A DNA stretch of 64,000 nucleotides from Candidatus Thorarchaeota archaeon (GTDB lineage Archaea > Asgardarchaeota > Thorarchaeia > Thorarchaeales > Thorarchaeaceae): the NCBI GenBank assembly GCA_963726195.1, contig CAVSBO010000017.1:1-64000 (forward strand). The letters run 5' to 3'. Made by a program: the position numbers and the translations under genes. The notes below the pieces were generated by a model. It was not told the DNA's origin. It saw only the letters and a program-made list of their open reading frames with translations, and did not search any database. This document shows, one piece after another, positions 1 through 10,895 of this stretch (position 1 is its first letter; every line of letters begins with the position of its first letter).

Positions 1-588
1 CCTTGCCTTTCCCTCACCTGCGGGGCAGGGTCCTGCGGCCCTTCCCATCCAGAGCCTGTACGGTGCCAATATTCCATCCGTATCTGGACGCCGCCTTGAT
101 GAACCCTCTGCGTGATAGGCAGAGGGCTTGTGGCTCTCTGCCGGGATTCGACGGTCCTAGTTTGCCACTCGCCGCTCTCCCAGATACGGATTGAGTGTTG
201 ACACTCCACAAGAGCCCGTCGTGCGAATGGTCGGCCAGTCAGCTTGTGGGGGTCAGCTTCTGCCACCGCTCAACATGCGGGTCTTTCCGTTCAGCCACGC
301 GTTAGCTTCAGCCGGCGGGCGTCGGGTCAAGTTGAAACAGAGACTGGCGCTCGCCTCGCCGCCCTCGCACTCGTACAGCCTTGCATTTACGAGCCCGCGC
401 TATCCCTTCGACCCCAGGCCAGGTCTGCTGTGCGGTGGTGAAACCCCATCCGTATCTAGCGCATTGACAGAGTGAGCTCTCCTGGCAGGCCATCGCGGGC
501 GTGGTCTGCTTGGCGGTCCGCTCTCGCGCCGGTACGTCCGGGACAGTGATGCGCCGGCAGGGAACGGCGTGGTAGCATCGACTGCAGG

Positions 589-865
589 ATGCCCATGCTT
601 GACGATGCCCTGAAGCTCTTCAACCAGCTCAAGCAATCCCGCAAGGACTGGATTGACAAGGCAGAGAAGATGGACGAATGGCATAAGTCGTTGAAGATGT
701 ATATGGCAGGTTTCAGCCCGGGTGCCAGCGCCGATCAGCGGGCAGAAGTTCGTTGATGAAGCTATCAAGAAAATCAAAGACACTTATTCGAGAGAGGACA
801 TCAGTTCCTATCTGTCATGGGCTGTCAAAGAGCTCGTAGCATCAATGATGGAAAAGAGAGCATAG
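589..865 (+). CDS. 3' part of a hypothetical helical protein upstream of the tubulin-like gene (frameshift near 740)
   Basis: Manual translation MPMLDDALKLFNQLKQSRKDWIDKAEKMDEWHKSLKMY... then, after one indel, QKFVDEAIKKIKDTYSREDISSYLSWAVKELVASMMEKRA*. The stop lies 18 nt before the next ATG. The 5' part is unreadable. Confidence 0.55.
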
Positions 866-883
866 GTACAGGAGACAGAGTGA

Positions 884-2268
884 ATGCAGAAGGCCAAGGG
901 AAAGGGTACTGACGAGGAATTGGGAAAAGCCGCGGAGATGTTCGCGATTGGCATTGGAGAATGTGGTTCGAACATCGTAGGATCATACCTCAAGGCCAGC
1001 CAAGAGAAGAAGCTGCCTTCTCGTGTTCGAGGCTATCTGCTGATGAACACTGATCGCTCCGATCTCACCAAGGTTCGCCAGAAATATGGAATACCAAAGG
1101 AGCACACACTTCTCTACGGAGAAAGCGAAATCGGTGTCGGTGGTCGGTTCATGGATGGGTATAATGCAGTGATGGAATCCAAGGACATCATCTTCGACCA
1201 ACTCACAAACCTGGGTTTCGAAGGAGTATCCGGATTCTGTATCTTCACAAGTCTCGGCGGTGGTACTGGTTGTGGTGGCACACCAGCCATTATTGAGCTT
1301 CTCAAGCAGAAATTCCAGGAAGAAGAAGGAAGGCGAATCTTCGTATACGTCATTGGTGTATTGCCTTTTGAAGGACAATCCAGTGAGGCCCTGAACTCGA
1401 TATGGGCGGTCTCGAAACTGCTCCGAGCTCAGCTACAGGAGCGTGGTGCGGACCTCACGATACTCCTCAGCAACAGGACTATGCTAAAGAGAATCCTGCA
1501 ATGGAGGAGAGGAGACAGCGTCGACTACCTAGCAAAGGAACTCGACGTGGATGTCGCTAACGTTGATTCCATAGAGGCAATGGTTCCAAGTACTGTCGAT
1601 GGCGGAAGCAGCGAACTCGAGACTCGAACAGAACAGGCATTTGTGGAACTGGTTAACCCTCTCGCTATTGATGTCATCGAGGCAATGCTATCACCGGGAG
1701 TCTATGAGCCTGACAAGGATGTGTTTCCAACTACTGACCTCGCTGATTATGCTAGGAAGCTGGATCCAGTGGTTGTGCCCGCGTTGTACAACGATATCGG
1801 ACTCATCCCTGATGCAGGCAGCATGCCAAGGCAATTGCGGACAATGATTGACTACGCAGTGACCCAGTGTTCTTATGCTGATGTCGGAGATACGCCGAAT
1901 GCAGAGAGTGTTTACTACGTTTTCAGTGGACCGAAGCACATCTCGAAAGCAGAATATGGGATGCACATTAAGGAGGCTCTGGACAAGTACATAGCTCCGG
2001 GTGCAGCGATTACGCCGTGCTATGTTCAGCACCTTAATCCTGATCCGGTTGTGAAGCTGTTGCTCCTACTGGGGCTGCCCAAAATACCGGAGCTCGTGCA
2101 GCTTATCAACGAAGCAACACAGCTTGTGAATTTGCACAGTGGACCCTCTGCGTTGAAGCAGAGCTGGTTCATGAGATCAAAAGGCACCACGAGAAAGAGC
2201 TCGTGACTGCTATCAACGATTTCCGTGAATTATTCAGCTACTACATGGAAGGCGGCACGCTAGAATAG
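884..2268 (+). CDS. Tubulin/FtsZ superfamily GTPase (divergent, CetZ/tubulin-like); indel near 2195
   Basis: T1 IGIGECGSNI, LLMNTD, T4 SLGGGTGCGG, VLPFEG..ALN, T7 TTDLADY. After an indel the frame continues ELVTAINDFRELFSYYMEGGTLE* to 2268. Confidence 0.85.
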
Positions 2269-2285
2269 GACCGGATGGTGTCACT

Positions 2286-3357
2286 TTGACTGAACCCCTG
2301 CGCATAGATGAGCTTGTGGACCGACTGCTTCTGATAGAGACTCTCAACTCCACTCTCATCCATTTTATACTCTCTTCCCAAGTTGAGGGAAGTGTTGACC
2401 CGGACAGGGTCGACTCCCTAACGCAGGGTCTTCTTCGAGCCAGGAAGTGGATGGAAGACACCATGTCTATGGATGGGATTCCCAAGGGAACTGCCGACAT
2501 GATGGGTCTCATAGCCAAGAGGCTCGCCCAGCTGGAGAGTCTCTTGCCCAAGCTATCTGAGAAAGCCAAGGCCGCCGAAGCAGGTCGTCAGCCAACTCAG
2601 GAGATACTCTCGTTCCTCGATGAGAGCACAGCGCATCAGCAGACAATACCCACTATTCCCCAGACCACGATTCCCCGAGTCGAGGCGCAACCAACACTCC
2701 CTCTTCTAGGGACAGCTGCTCCCAAGGTCGGTGAAGTGTACAAGCGCGTTGATACTGAGGATGATCAATGGGGTCTTGTGAGCCAAGCCCAACAAATCAT
2801 TGATCAGTACTCAAAACGCTGTCATGTTCTGCTTCCAGTCTTCTGGCTTGAGGCTAATCGAGAGCTCCACAGATACCGGTCCGATTCACCACTCATGGAA
2901 GAAGTCTGTCAGACTCCCCGCCGAATACATGGTCAAGATTATCAAGACGCTTCTTACTGAGGCGCCCGGTGCAAGGCTGTTCCAAGACTTGTATGCTAAG
3001 CGACCGCATGAAACATCCCTTGAGTTAAGCGAGTCAGAGAGAATTGAGCGTGCGGTAGCGAAGTACTTCTCAGGACTGGATGAGCTACTGAGAGGGCAGA
3101 TTCCAAACGTAGAAGATAAGATTTCGGAAGCACAGACAGCTTTCGATGGTTTCGGGTGGGGAGGCCCGGAACTTGAGAAGCGGCTTATCAAGAGAATCAA
3201 TCAGCGGTGTGAGGAAGCACTTCAAGAGGCTACACACGCCAGCGAGCCTGCCCGACAAGTCATCTATGCTGAGATTACAAAGCTGCTATCGAAGCTTCAC
3301 CATGCGATACTTGCCGAGCCAAGGTTGAGAGAAGTACTATCGCAGATGAAGATCTAG
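2286..3357 (+). CDS. Hypothetical alpha-helical protein with Pro/Thr/Gln linker (indel near 2915)
   Basis: Overlapping ORFs 2286-2960 and 2800-3357 join into one protein-like ~356-aa product. It starts 17 nt after the tubulin-like stop. Confidence 0.65.
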
Positions 3358-3439
3358 AGGGGCATCATCCGCACATCCCAGACAAATCGCATATAAGGCA
3401 CGAGTGTAACCCAGACCTCACAATCAGCGAGGGTTGGTC

Positions 3440-4875
3440 ATGACCGGCCTCCATAAGTTGTTGAGCCCGAAAGTTACAGCAGTTGTCGGTGTGTCGACTT
3501 CGAACGTCTTCTCTCCAGGGAACGTCATCTTCCGCAAACTGGCTTTTGAAAACGCATTGACGACCTATCCAATCAACCCGAAGGGAGGCAATGTTGAGGG
3601 AGTTGAGGTCTACCCTTCAATTACCGAAGCCCCTGATGGTATCGACCTAGCGGTGATATCTGTTCCCGCAATATCCGTGCCTTTAGTCCTCGAGGAATGC
3701 GGCAAGAAAGGCATAGAGGCAGTGATAGTTGTGTCAGGCGGTTTCAGCGAGACCCAGACAGAACAAGGAACTAAACTGCAGCAGGAGATAACTGACATCG
3801 CAAACAAATTCGGTATGTCTATGGTCGGACCCAACTGCATAGGTGTCTTCGTGCCTGAAACCCTTGATACATTCTTTCTTCCTTCGGAGCGAGTTGCCAG
3901 ACCCAGAAAAGGAGGTGTGGCCATCATATCGCAGAGCGGAGGCTGGCTAGTAGAACGTTTGGAGGAATTCTCGAAACGTGATGTCGGAGTAGCTGCTGCA
4001 ATATCAATCGGCAATGCTGCCCAAACTAAAGTGACCGACTTCGTCCACCACTTCCAGCATGAAAAGAACGTGAAGGTCATCGTCGCCTATTTGGAGGGCT
4101 TCGGTCAAAACGAGGGCAGGGAATTCGTCGAGGCCTGTGCCAGATATGCAACTAGGAAGCCAATGGTCGTTTACAAGGGAGGACAGTCAGAGGCGGGGCA
4201 CAGAGTGACAAGAAGCCACACATCGTCTTTGGGGGGAGCTCAGCAATAGCTTCGGCAGCCTTCAAGCAGTTCGGAGTAATAGAGGCTCGCGATGAAGATC
4301 ATCTCATGGCTTGCTCGAAAGCCTTCTCATTCGAACCCGTTCTAATGAAAGGCCCTCGCGTGGGTGCTCTCACAGTGAGTGGTGGTCATGGCGTCATAGC
4401 AACTGACGAGGCCGCCCTGTACGGGCTCGAACTCCCACCATTCTCAACCGAAGATCAGGAGGCGATGCGGAGTGTCATGACTCCTGCCTACCAAGACATC
4501 GCTTCGTTCAGGAATCCTTGCGACCTGACAGGTAGCGCCTCTGATGCCGATTTCGAACATGTATTAGACAAGATGCTGGCCATTGACTACATTGATGCGG
4601 CACTTCTGCTTCTCTTGCCTTATGCCCCCGGTATCTCTCTGCAAATCGGAGCTAAAGTCGCTGCTGTTGTAAAGCGCCATAACAAGACCGTCATCTCCTA
4701 CGTGCCCGACCTAGAGAAGTATGACATTATCATACGAGGCTTCGAGTTGAACGGCATCCCTGTCGGAGACACAATAGAAGAGGCTGTCCAGATGCTGAAT
4801 GGGATAAGGACCCGGTCGCGATATCTCCAGCGTGTCGGAGCCCTCGAAAATGAGCAAACTGCACCGACAGAGTAA
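3440..4875 (+). CDS. ADP-forming acyl-CoA synthetase alpha subunit (CoA-binding + ligase domains); indel at G-run ~4231-4236
   Basis: AVVGVS, YPINPKG, GPNCIG, SQSGG, SIGN, YLEG, SHTSSL phospho-His motif, then SGGHG and NPCDLTG in the next frame. Confidence 0.88.
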
Positions 4876-4903
4876 CAATGGTCACTATCTCAATCTGCCC
4901 GGC

Positions 4904-6010
4904 TCACTTCTTGTAGTTGATACCTAGGGCTTCGAGGTTCTCGCGAAGCTTTCCATCTATGATTGTCGGGCATCTAGCCATGTCATCAACCGTTTGACAT
5001 CCTGTGAGGTACATCGCGACTCTAAGTCCGTCAATCAACCTTGTTAGCTCATTTATGACATCTATGGTCTTCCCTGTCACAGCCGGTTTCAGCAATGGGT
5101 AAGCAACTCCGGCGGCCGCAGCACCTAAGCTCAGAGCCTTTGCAACATCCAATCCTGTTCTGACCCCGCCGGTGGCAATGACATCCAAATTGGTAGACGA
5201 GACCACCATGGCTACACTGAGGGCTGTCGGGATTCCCCAGTCCCAGTACTCACGACCCAAGTAGACCTTTTCCTCGTTCTTCTCTCTTAGAGCACGATAA
5301 TACTCAACAGCTGACCAACTCGTTCCCCCAAGACCTCCGACGTCGATCCCATCAACCCCGATGGCCTCCAGCCGCTGGGCCACGTCAGCAGAGATGCCCG
5401 CGCCTGTTTCTTTTACTATAACTGGAATATCGACCAAATCCAACACTGAAGCTATCTTGTCAAGAATCCCAGACGAATCGCATTCTCCTTCAGGCTGTAC
5501 GGCTTCTTGCAGCGGGTTCAGGTGGATAGCCAGAATGTCTGCGTCGATCATGTCAATGGCTTGCTGTGCGTGTTCGACGTGAGTTGAACCAATGTTCGCA
5601 ATTACCGGAACAGATGGAGCTGATTCCCTAACCACTTCGAATGTGTACGCAAGCGAGGGGTCCTCGATTGCGGCCCTCTGGCTTCCAACCCCTATCGGCA
5701 GCTTCAGCTCCTCGGCCGCCTCTGCTAGTCTTCGGTTTATCTCCAGACTGTCAGGGTGACCACCGGTCATCGCAGCTATGATTATCGGTGCGCCGACTTT
5801 GAGACCCAGCAAGTTTGTGGTCAGGTCAATGGAATCCTTGTCAATCTCAGGCAACGCATTGTGAAGAAGGCGAACATTGTCAAACATGGCCGAGGATTTG
5901 CTTTGCACATCTTCTTGGAGACAAATCTCGATGTGTTCCAGCTTCCTCCTCTTGGTCGCAGCGTCCGTCCCGCTTGGCCTGTGAGCAGCACGTGATTCTC
6001 CTCGAGCCAT
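4904..6010 (-). CDS. fni: Type 2 isopentenyl-diphosphate delta-isomerase
   Basis: RKLEHIEIC, HNALPE, AMTGG, GVGSQR, HLNPLQE, VKETG, GGTSW, WGIPT. Confidence 0.96.
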   Translation of the reverse strand: MARGESRAAHRPSGTDAATKRRKLEHIEICLQEDVQSKSSAMFDNVRLLHNALPEIDKDSIDLTTNLLGLKVGAPIIIAAMTGGHPDSLEINRRLAEAAEELKLPIGVGSQRAAIEDPSLAYTFEVVRESAPSVPVIANIGSTHVEHAQQAIDMIDADILAIHLNPLQEAVQPEGECDSSGILDKIASVLDLVDIPVIVKETGAGISADVAQRLEAIGVDGIDVGGLGGTSWSAVEYYRALREKNEEKVYLGREYWDWGIPTALSVAMVVSSTNLDVIATGGVRTGLDVAKALSLGAAAAGVAYPLLKPAVTGKTIDVINELTRLIDGLRVAMYLTGCQTVDDMARCPTIIDGKLRENLEALGINYKK

Positions 6011-6181
6011 CCAAAACAGCCTCCGTTCTTAACTAGCTCTGCATTTTGGGACAAATAGCAGTTTTGGTAGTGGTGATGCCTTTTGGCTCGGCCCTACCTT
6101 GCAGGAGAGCACAGGAATGGCACTTGCTCAATGCGAAGGCTTTATCCAACGGCCCAAGCAAGCCTCTGCCAAGTGGGCCAA

Positions 6182-6715
6182 ATGAGCGACGAGGACAAGT
6201 ATAGAACTGAGCCATCCGGTGAAGATGAATCCGAGAAGGTCGGTTTGTTGAGACCCCTCCCCAGCACGTCCCCTACCAGGCTCTCGGGCAAGGCCCATCC
6301 CGTCGTCAGATTCCTTGGAGTCACGATGAGCGAGAGCAGACGAGATCTGCTGGTGTTGTTCCTGATTCCATTCCTCGTAGCCATAATAGACACGAGCGTG
6401 TACGCGGCTGTGGTCGTCGGTGTGTTCGTTACTAACCCGCTCTACATGTTTGGTGTTCCTGCGCTTGCAGCCATCAGCATAGGACTCACCGCATCCCAGA
6501 TGAGTCGTGCTTTGATAGGCGCAATCTTGACAGCCATGTTCTTTGCAGTCATTTTCGTGCTTTTCTTGACAAGCCCCGCACTTGTCTCTCCGGGCGAAGA
6601 CCTAGCCGGCTTCCTTGTTGCTGCGCTGTCTGTAATGACTGTCTACTTTGTGCTTGTGATATTCTCCTCTTTCATTGGTTGCTTCATCGGGATAATCATC
6701 AGAGAGTTCGCCTAA
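6182..6715 (+). CDS. Hypothetical membrane protein (~4 TM)
   Basis: Hydrophobic segments in ORF 6083-6715. The likely start is MSDEDK. Confidence 0.7.
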   Translation: MSDEDKYRTEPSGEDESEKVGLLRPLPSTSPTRLSGKAHPVVRFLGVTMSESRRDLLVLFLIPFLVAIIDTSVYAAVVVGVFVTNPLYMFGVPALAAISIGLTASQMSRALIGAILTAMFFAVIFVLFLTSPALVSPGEDLAGFLVAALSVMTVYFVLVIFSSFIGCFIGIIIREFA

Positions 6716-6752
6716 GATGTAGACTCAGGAACCTCGGAGAGTCAAACTCCAC

Positions 6753-7115
6753 CTAATCTTGTCTCGGAACCGATTTCTGGTCGGTCTCAAGAGACGGTGC
6801 TGCCTTGCGCGTCTTCATTCTGTTACTCACAAGGTAGAATACCAAGACAACTTCCACGACTATGTTGCCCTCTGCGAATAACTCCTTAGAACCCATGTTC
6901 ACTGATACGACATATAGGGCAAGAAGGCCAACCAGAACCCAAACAAAGATGAAGTCTCTTATGCGTCTGAACACACCCTTCGTCGTTCGCCTCGGCCTGC
7001 TGTCCATATAGAGGTATACACTGACCAACATGAGAAACATAATGCTCCAAGAAATACAGACAACCCACCAGATGAAGAGATTCGGATAGGGCAATTCGTA
7101 CACGGTTCGCTTCAC
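6753..7115 (-). CDS. Small membrane protein (3 TM), co-oriented with the P-type ATPase
   Basis: Three hydrophobic helices. It starts 7 nt after the ATPase stop, with a GAGG-like RBS. Confidence 0.65.
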   Translation of the reverse strand: MKRTVYELPYPNLFIWWVVCISWSIMFLMLVSVYLYMDSRPRRTTKGVFRRIRDFIFVWVLVGLLALYVVSVNMGSKELFAEGNIVVEVVLVFYLVSNRMKTRKAAPSLETDQKSVPRQD

Positions 7116-7122
7116 CTCTCCT

Positions 7123-9714
7123 CTAGAACTTGCAGATTTTCATGAAGAACACCTTGCCGGCATCCACCAGAAGGAGATATGTTACAACCATTAGAACAAG
7201 GAGCAGCCAGTACTCAATAGGCAATGCTGTGAACCCCAGGACACTGCCAAGCAGAGTGAAGGGCATTATGGTTCCGAATGCCACGCAAGAGATTGCCATG
7301 ACTGCTAACCATTTCCCGGGCCGGCTTCTCACAAACGGAATGCGGCGCGTTCTGATTACGAATATCACCAACACCTCTGTCCAGAAAGATTCCACGAACC
7401 AGCCAGATTGGAAAAGGGACTCCGGAGCTGCGAAGATGAAGAGCATGATGCCGAACGTCAGGAAATCGTAGAGAGAACTGAACGGTCCGAAGAACAGTGT
7501 GAACTTCCTTACAAAGCCCATGTCCCACTTGTTTGGCCAACGCCTGTACTCCTCGTCAACATTGTCTGTTGGCAGGGTCATGTTGGAGATATCATAGAGT
7601 ATGTTCATGAAGAGTATCTGCATGGCAGTCATCGGAAGGAACGGCAGAAAAATCGAAGCAGCGGCGGCCGAGAACATGTTGCCGAAGTTGCTGGAAGTGC
7701 CCATTAGTATGTACTTCATGGAATTACCGAAAATCTTACGGCCCTCATCAATGCCGTTGGCGAGAACATCGAGGTCCTTCTCCAGAAGCACAATATCCGC
7801 CGCGTCTTTTGAGACATCTACTGCTGTATCCACGGATATGCCCACATCGGCTTCATAGAGCGCAGGGGCATCATTCACTCCGTCCCCCATAAAGCCGACA
7901 ACATGCTTGTTCTGCTTGAGAGCCTTGATGACATCGAGTTTCTGTCCAGGCGTTATTCGTGCGAAAATTGTGGCTTCTTCAACAGCAGTCCTCAAATCAT
8001 CGAAGCTCATCTGAGTAAGCTCTGAACCGACTATGAGTCTCTTCACAGGAACATCTATCTCGTCACAAATCTTGCGCGCTACGAGTTCGTTGTCGCCTGT
8101 GAGAATCTTGACATCAACACCGGTCTCCTTGAGCTTCACAAGTGCGTCATGAGCACCTTTCTTCGGAGGATCGGTGAAGACCAACAAGCCAAGAAGAGTT
8201 AAGTCCTTTTCATCATCGGCCGAATACGATGGCTTGCTCTGGACTTCACGGTACGCAACTGCGAGGACGCGGTATCCCTGCTCAGAGAGACTCAGAACTT
8301 CGGTATCAATGCTGTTTTTCGATGAAGCGAATGGTACTTTCTTGCCCCCTTTCTCAGCATTCTTGCATCTAACCAGGACCGATTCAGGGGCACCCTTCGT
8401 AATGAAAGTGAACTTGTCATCCCTGCTTACCACAACAGACATCATGCGCCGCTCGTAGTCAAATGGGACTTCGTCCACTTTCGTATACAGAGCCATGTCA
8501 TCCTGTTGACCGTTGGTGAGCGCATATTCCCACACCGCTGCGTCCATAGCATTTCCGGCTACTTTCTGCCCTTCGCCTATCACGGCGGCGTTGCAGAGCA
8601 ACGAGTACGAAAACAGTCGTGTATTCCTTTGTTTGTCTACAGAGTAATAGTCCTTGAGCACGATTCTGCCATCTGTGAGCGTCCCGGTCTTGTCAGTACA
8701 AAGGACATCCATGTTCCCAACGTCTTCGATGGAGACCAGACGCTTGACTATCACCCTGACCTTGCTCATTCTCGCGGCACCCTGCGAGAGACTGATTGTC
8801 ACTATTGCCGGCATGAGTTCGGGAACCAAGCCAATCGCTACTGCTAGAGAGAACAGCAAGGAGTCAATTAGCGTATGAACACCAATTATCGCATTGACGG
8901 CAAATATCCCGATAGCTAGTGCGCCAGCCATTGAGAGGATCATCTTCCCAAACGTTTTGACGCCGCGTTGAAACCCGGTCTCCGGATGAGGTCGAACTAA
9001 ACTCCTTGAGATTGAACCGAATTCTGTTTGTCTTCCAGTGGAAACCACGACACCTCGTCCTGATCCATGGGTGACAACAGTGCCTGTGAATAGGTAGTTG
9101 ACAAGCTCCTGAGGGCTTGGTGACCTTGCATCGATGCTCTCCTTGATTTTCTCAACAGGAAATGATTCACCCGTTAACGTGGATTCATCAGTATTGAGTT
9201 CCTTGCAGTCGACGATTCTCATGTCGGCTGGAACGATGTCACCAACATATACTGTGGCTATGTCTCCCGGGACAACTTGAGTCGCATCTATCTGGGATGC
9301 CTTTCCGTCCCTTATCACGACTGCTTTGAATGAGACGTTCTCTCGAAGCTCTTCGACTATTCGCTCTGCCTTGTACTCGTTGTAGTATCCCAAGACCACA
9401 CTCAGAATAATCATTGACAGAATGATAATCGGCTGCTTAAGGTCAGGGTAGTTCAAGAGACCTGCCACGATAGCACATGCAATCAGAACCACGAATATTG
9501 GATTTCCAAACTGCCTGCCCAGTATCCGAAACCTACTGAAGCCTTGTCTAGGCAGCTCGTTCAACCCGTAAGTGGCGAGCCGCTTCTTGGCCTCATCTTG
9601 AGGCAGTCCCTGTTCGCTTGTGTGAAAAATCTGATAGATCTCGGTAGCTCGGAGTGACCAGTAGTCTTTCCTCGCGGTATCGGCCTCTGTCTTTACCGTG
9701 CTCTTCCGCTCACC
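7123..9714 (-). CDS. mgtA: Mg2+-translocating P-type ATPase (MgtA-like, P3B)
   Basis: TGES, PELMP, DKTGTLT, PFDYERR, KGAPE, TGDN, GDGVND, SSNFGNMFS, FQSGWFVES, IRTRRIPF. The frame stays open upstream of 9564 to 9714 and encodes the N-terminal YWSL...GL...EAKKRLATYGLNEL motif. Confidence 0.92.
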   Translation of the reverse strand, partial: GERKSTVKTEADTARKDYWSLRATEIYQIFHTSEQGLPQDEAKKRLATYGLNELPRQGFSRFRILGRQFGNPIFVVLIACAIVAGLLNYPDLKQPIIILSMIILSVVLGYYNEYKAERIVEELRENVSFKAVVIRDGKASQIDATQVVPGDIATVYVGDIVPADMRIVDCKELNTDESTLTGESFPVEKIKESIDARSPSPQELVNYLFTGTVVTHGSGRGVVVSTGRQTEFGSISRSLVRPHPETGFQRGVKTFGKMILSMAGALAIGIFAVNAIIGVHTLIDSLLFSLAVAIGLVPELMPAIVTISLSQGAARMSKVRVIVKRLVSIEDVGNMDVLCTDKTGTLTDGRIVLKDYYSVDKQRNTRLFSYSLLCNAAVIGEGQKVAGNAMDAAVWEYALTNGQQDDMALYTKVDEVPFDYERRMMSVVVSRDDKFTFITKGAPESVLVRCKNAEKGGKKVPFASSKNSIDTEVLSLSEQGYRVLAVAYREVQSKPSYSADDEKDLTLLGLLVFTDPPKKGAHDALVKLKETGVDVKILTGDNELVARKICDEIDVPVKRLIVGSELTQMSFDDLRTAVEEATIFARITPGQKLDVIKALKQNKHVVGFMGDGVNDAPALYEADVGISVDTAVDVSKDAADIVLLEKDLDVLANGIDEGRKIFGNSMKYILMGTSSNFGNMFSAAAASIFLPFLPMTAMQILFMNILYDISNMTLPTDNVDEEYRRWPNKWDMGFVRKFTLFFGPFSSLYDFLTFGIMLFIFAAPESLFQSGWFVESFWTEVLVIFVIRTRRIPFVRSRPGKWLAVMAISCVAFGTIMPFTLLGSVLGFTALPIEYWLLLVLMVVTYLLLVDAGKVFFMKICKF

Positions 9715-9786
9715 TCAGGAACCAACCGTTCCCTGCTGAGAAAAATGAGCCCGATTTAGGAGTTTCTCTACGTGTGATTATTGCGC

Positions 9787-10566
9787 TTAGACCGGTTCTT
9801 CATGCACATCTATTCTAGTGACCTTCGGATATGAGTCACGAATCGCCTTCTCGAGTTCCTTAGTGACCTCGTGGGCCTTGTCAATGGGAGTGTTGGCATC
9901 GAAGTCGCAGTGAAACACGACGTGTATGTCTTGGCCGACCCTGCGTGCAATGACGCCATGAACGCCCTTTATCTCGGGAAAGCGCTTTGCCAAGTGCTCA
10001 ATATGGAGCGCCAGCTCACCGTCCGCGCCTGACAATTCCCTGGACACCCAATCGGAAGCGGATTCCATGTGGATGGTGACGTCTGAGATTTCGGGGTTTG
10101 CCTCTTTGATCCGGGCTTCAACCTCGTCGGCCACCTCATGTGCTTGCTTCACAGTCATGTTCGCGCTTACCTCAAGGTGAAGGTCCACATACAATTTCTC
10201 GTCAATCCTCTGAACGTGAATGCTGTGCACGTCTCTGGATCCGGGTACTTTCTGAGCTATGTCATTGACCAGCTTCCAAGTCTCCATTCCTTCCCCTTCA
10301 GTTGTCTCAGTGTGAATCGTGACTCTAGCGTTGGAAAAAGCATCCTTGACTTGGCTTTCGATGTCCGAAGCAATCTTGTGAGCATCCTCAAGCTGTTGCT
10401 CCCGGTCAACAACAACGTGAACACTCACATCAAGCCTTTTTCGAGTCATTCGCACAGTGAGGTCGTGGAGACTCTTCACACCTTTCGTGCCCTCAATCTT
10501 GCCGCGTATTATCTTTGCAACCTCATCCTCAGATCGTTCAACCATCGGAATCGGCAGATTGGCCAC
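9787..10566 (-). CDS. Soluble protein of three tandem cation-diffusion-facilitator C-terminal (ZT_dimer) domains
   Basis: Three repeats of GV.++H.+.+.....+.V.+H......++..AH.+...+E..++......VT+H.E, with no TM helices. Confidence 0.8.
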   Translation of the reverse strand: MANLPIPMVERSEDEVAKIIRGKIEGTKGVKSLHDLTVRMTRKRLDVSVHVVVDREQQLEDAHKIASDIESQVKDAFSNARVTIHTETTEGEGMETWKLVNDIAQKVPGSRDVHSIHVQRIDEKLYVDLHLEVSANMTVKQAHEVADEVEARIKEANPEISDVTIHMESASDWVSRELSGADGELALHIEHLAKRFPEIKGVHGVIARRVGQDIHVVFHCDFDANTPIDKAHEVTKELEKAIRDSYPKVTRIDVHEEPV

Positions 10567-10895
10567 CTCGGACGACCGGAAGTATCTCTGGTAATATATA
10601 ACTGTCTACGAGGTCACTCTTGTCTTCTCAGACAGCGCTACTTTTTCTCATCCACGTAACTCCTCTTTGTCCTTCACCAACTTCCCTGTGAGAAGCGAGC
10701 ACTGCAAAGACAAAAGCATCTTCGTGCAGCGGGTCGGAAAAGACTGTTTCAGCTTGTGTAGCCTCAAAATAACTTGATATGGCACCGTTTGGGTGCAGTC
10801 GCAGAACATGCACTTCGCAATCTGAATCTCGGCGCCGAACAATGTTCACAGGAGTCGCCGATTGAAAGAGGAAGAAGAGCCGTGTTGGTGAGAAT

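Noticed and set aside
750-760. TGA TGA as possible selenocysteine read-through
   Set aside because: The alternative frame gives a much more protein-like continuation, and there is no redox-motif context or recognisable SECIS.
10648-10842. 64-aa Cys-containing ORF as a zinc-finger gene
   Set aside because: Only one clear CxxC and no recognisable family, so it is not supportable.
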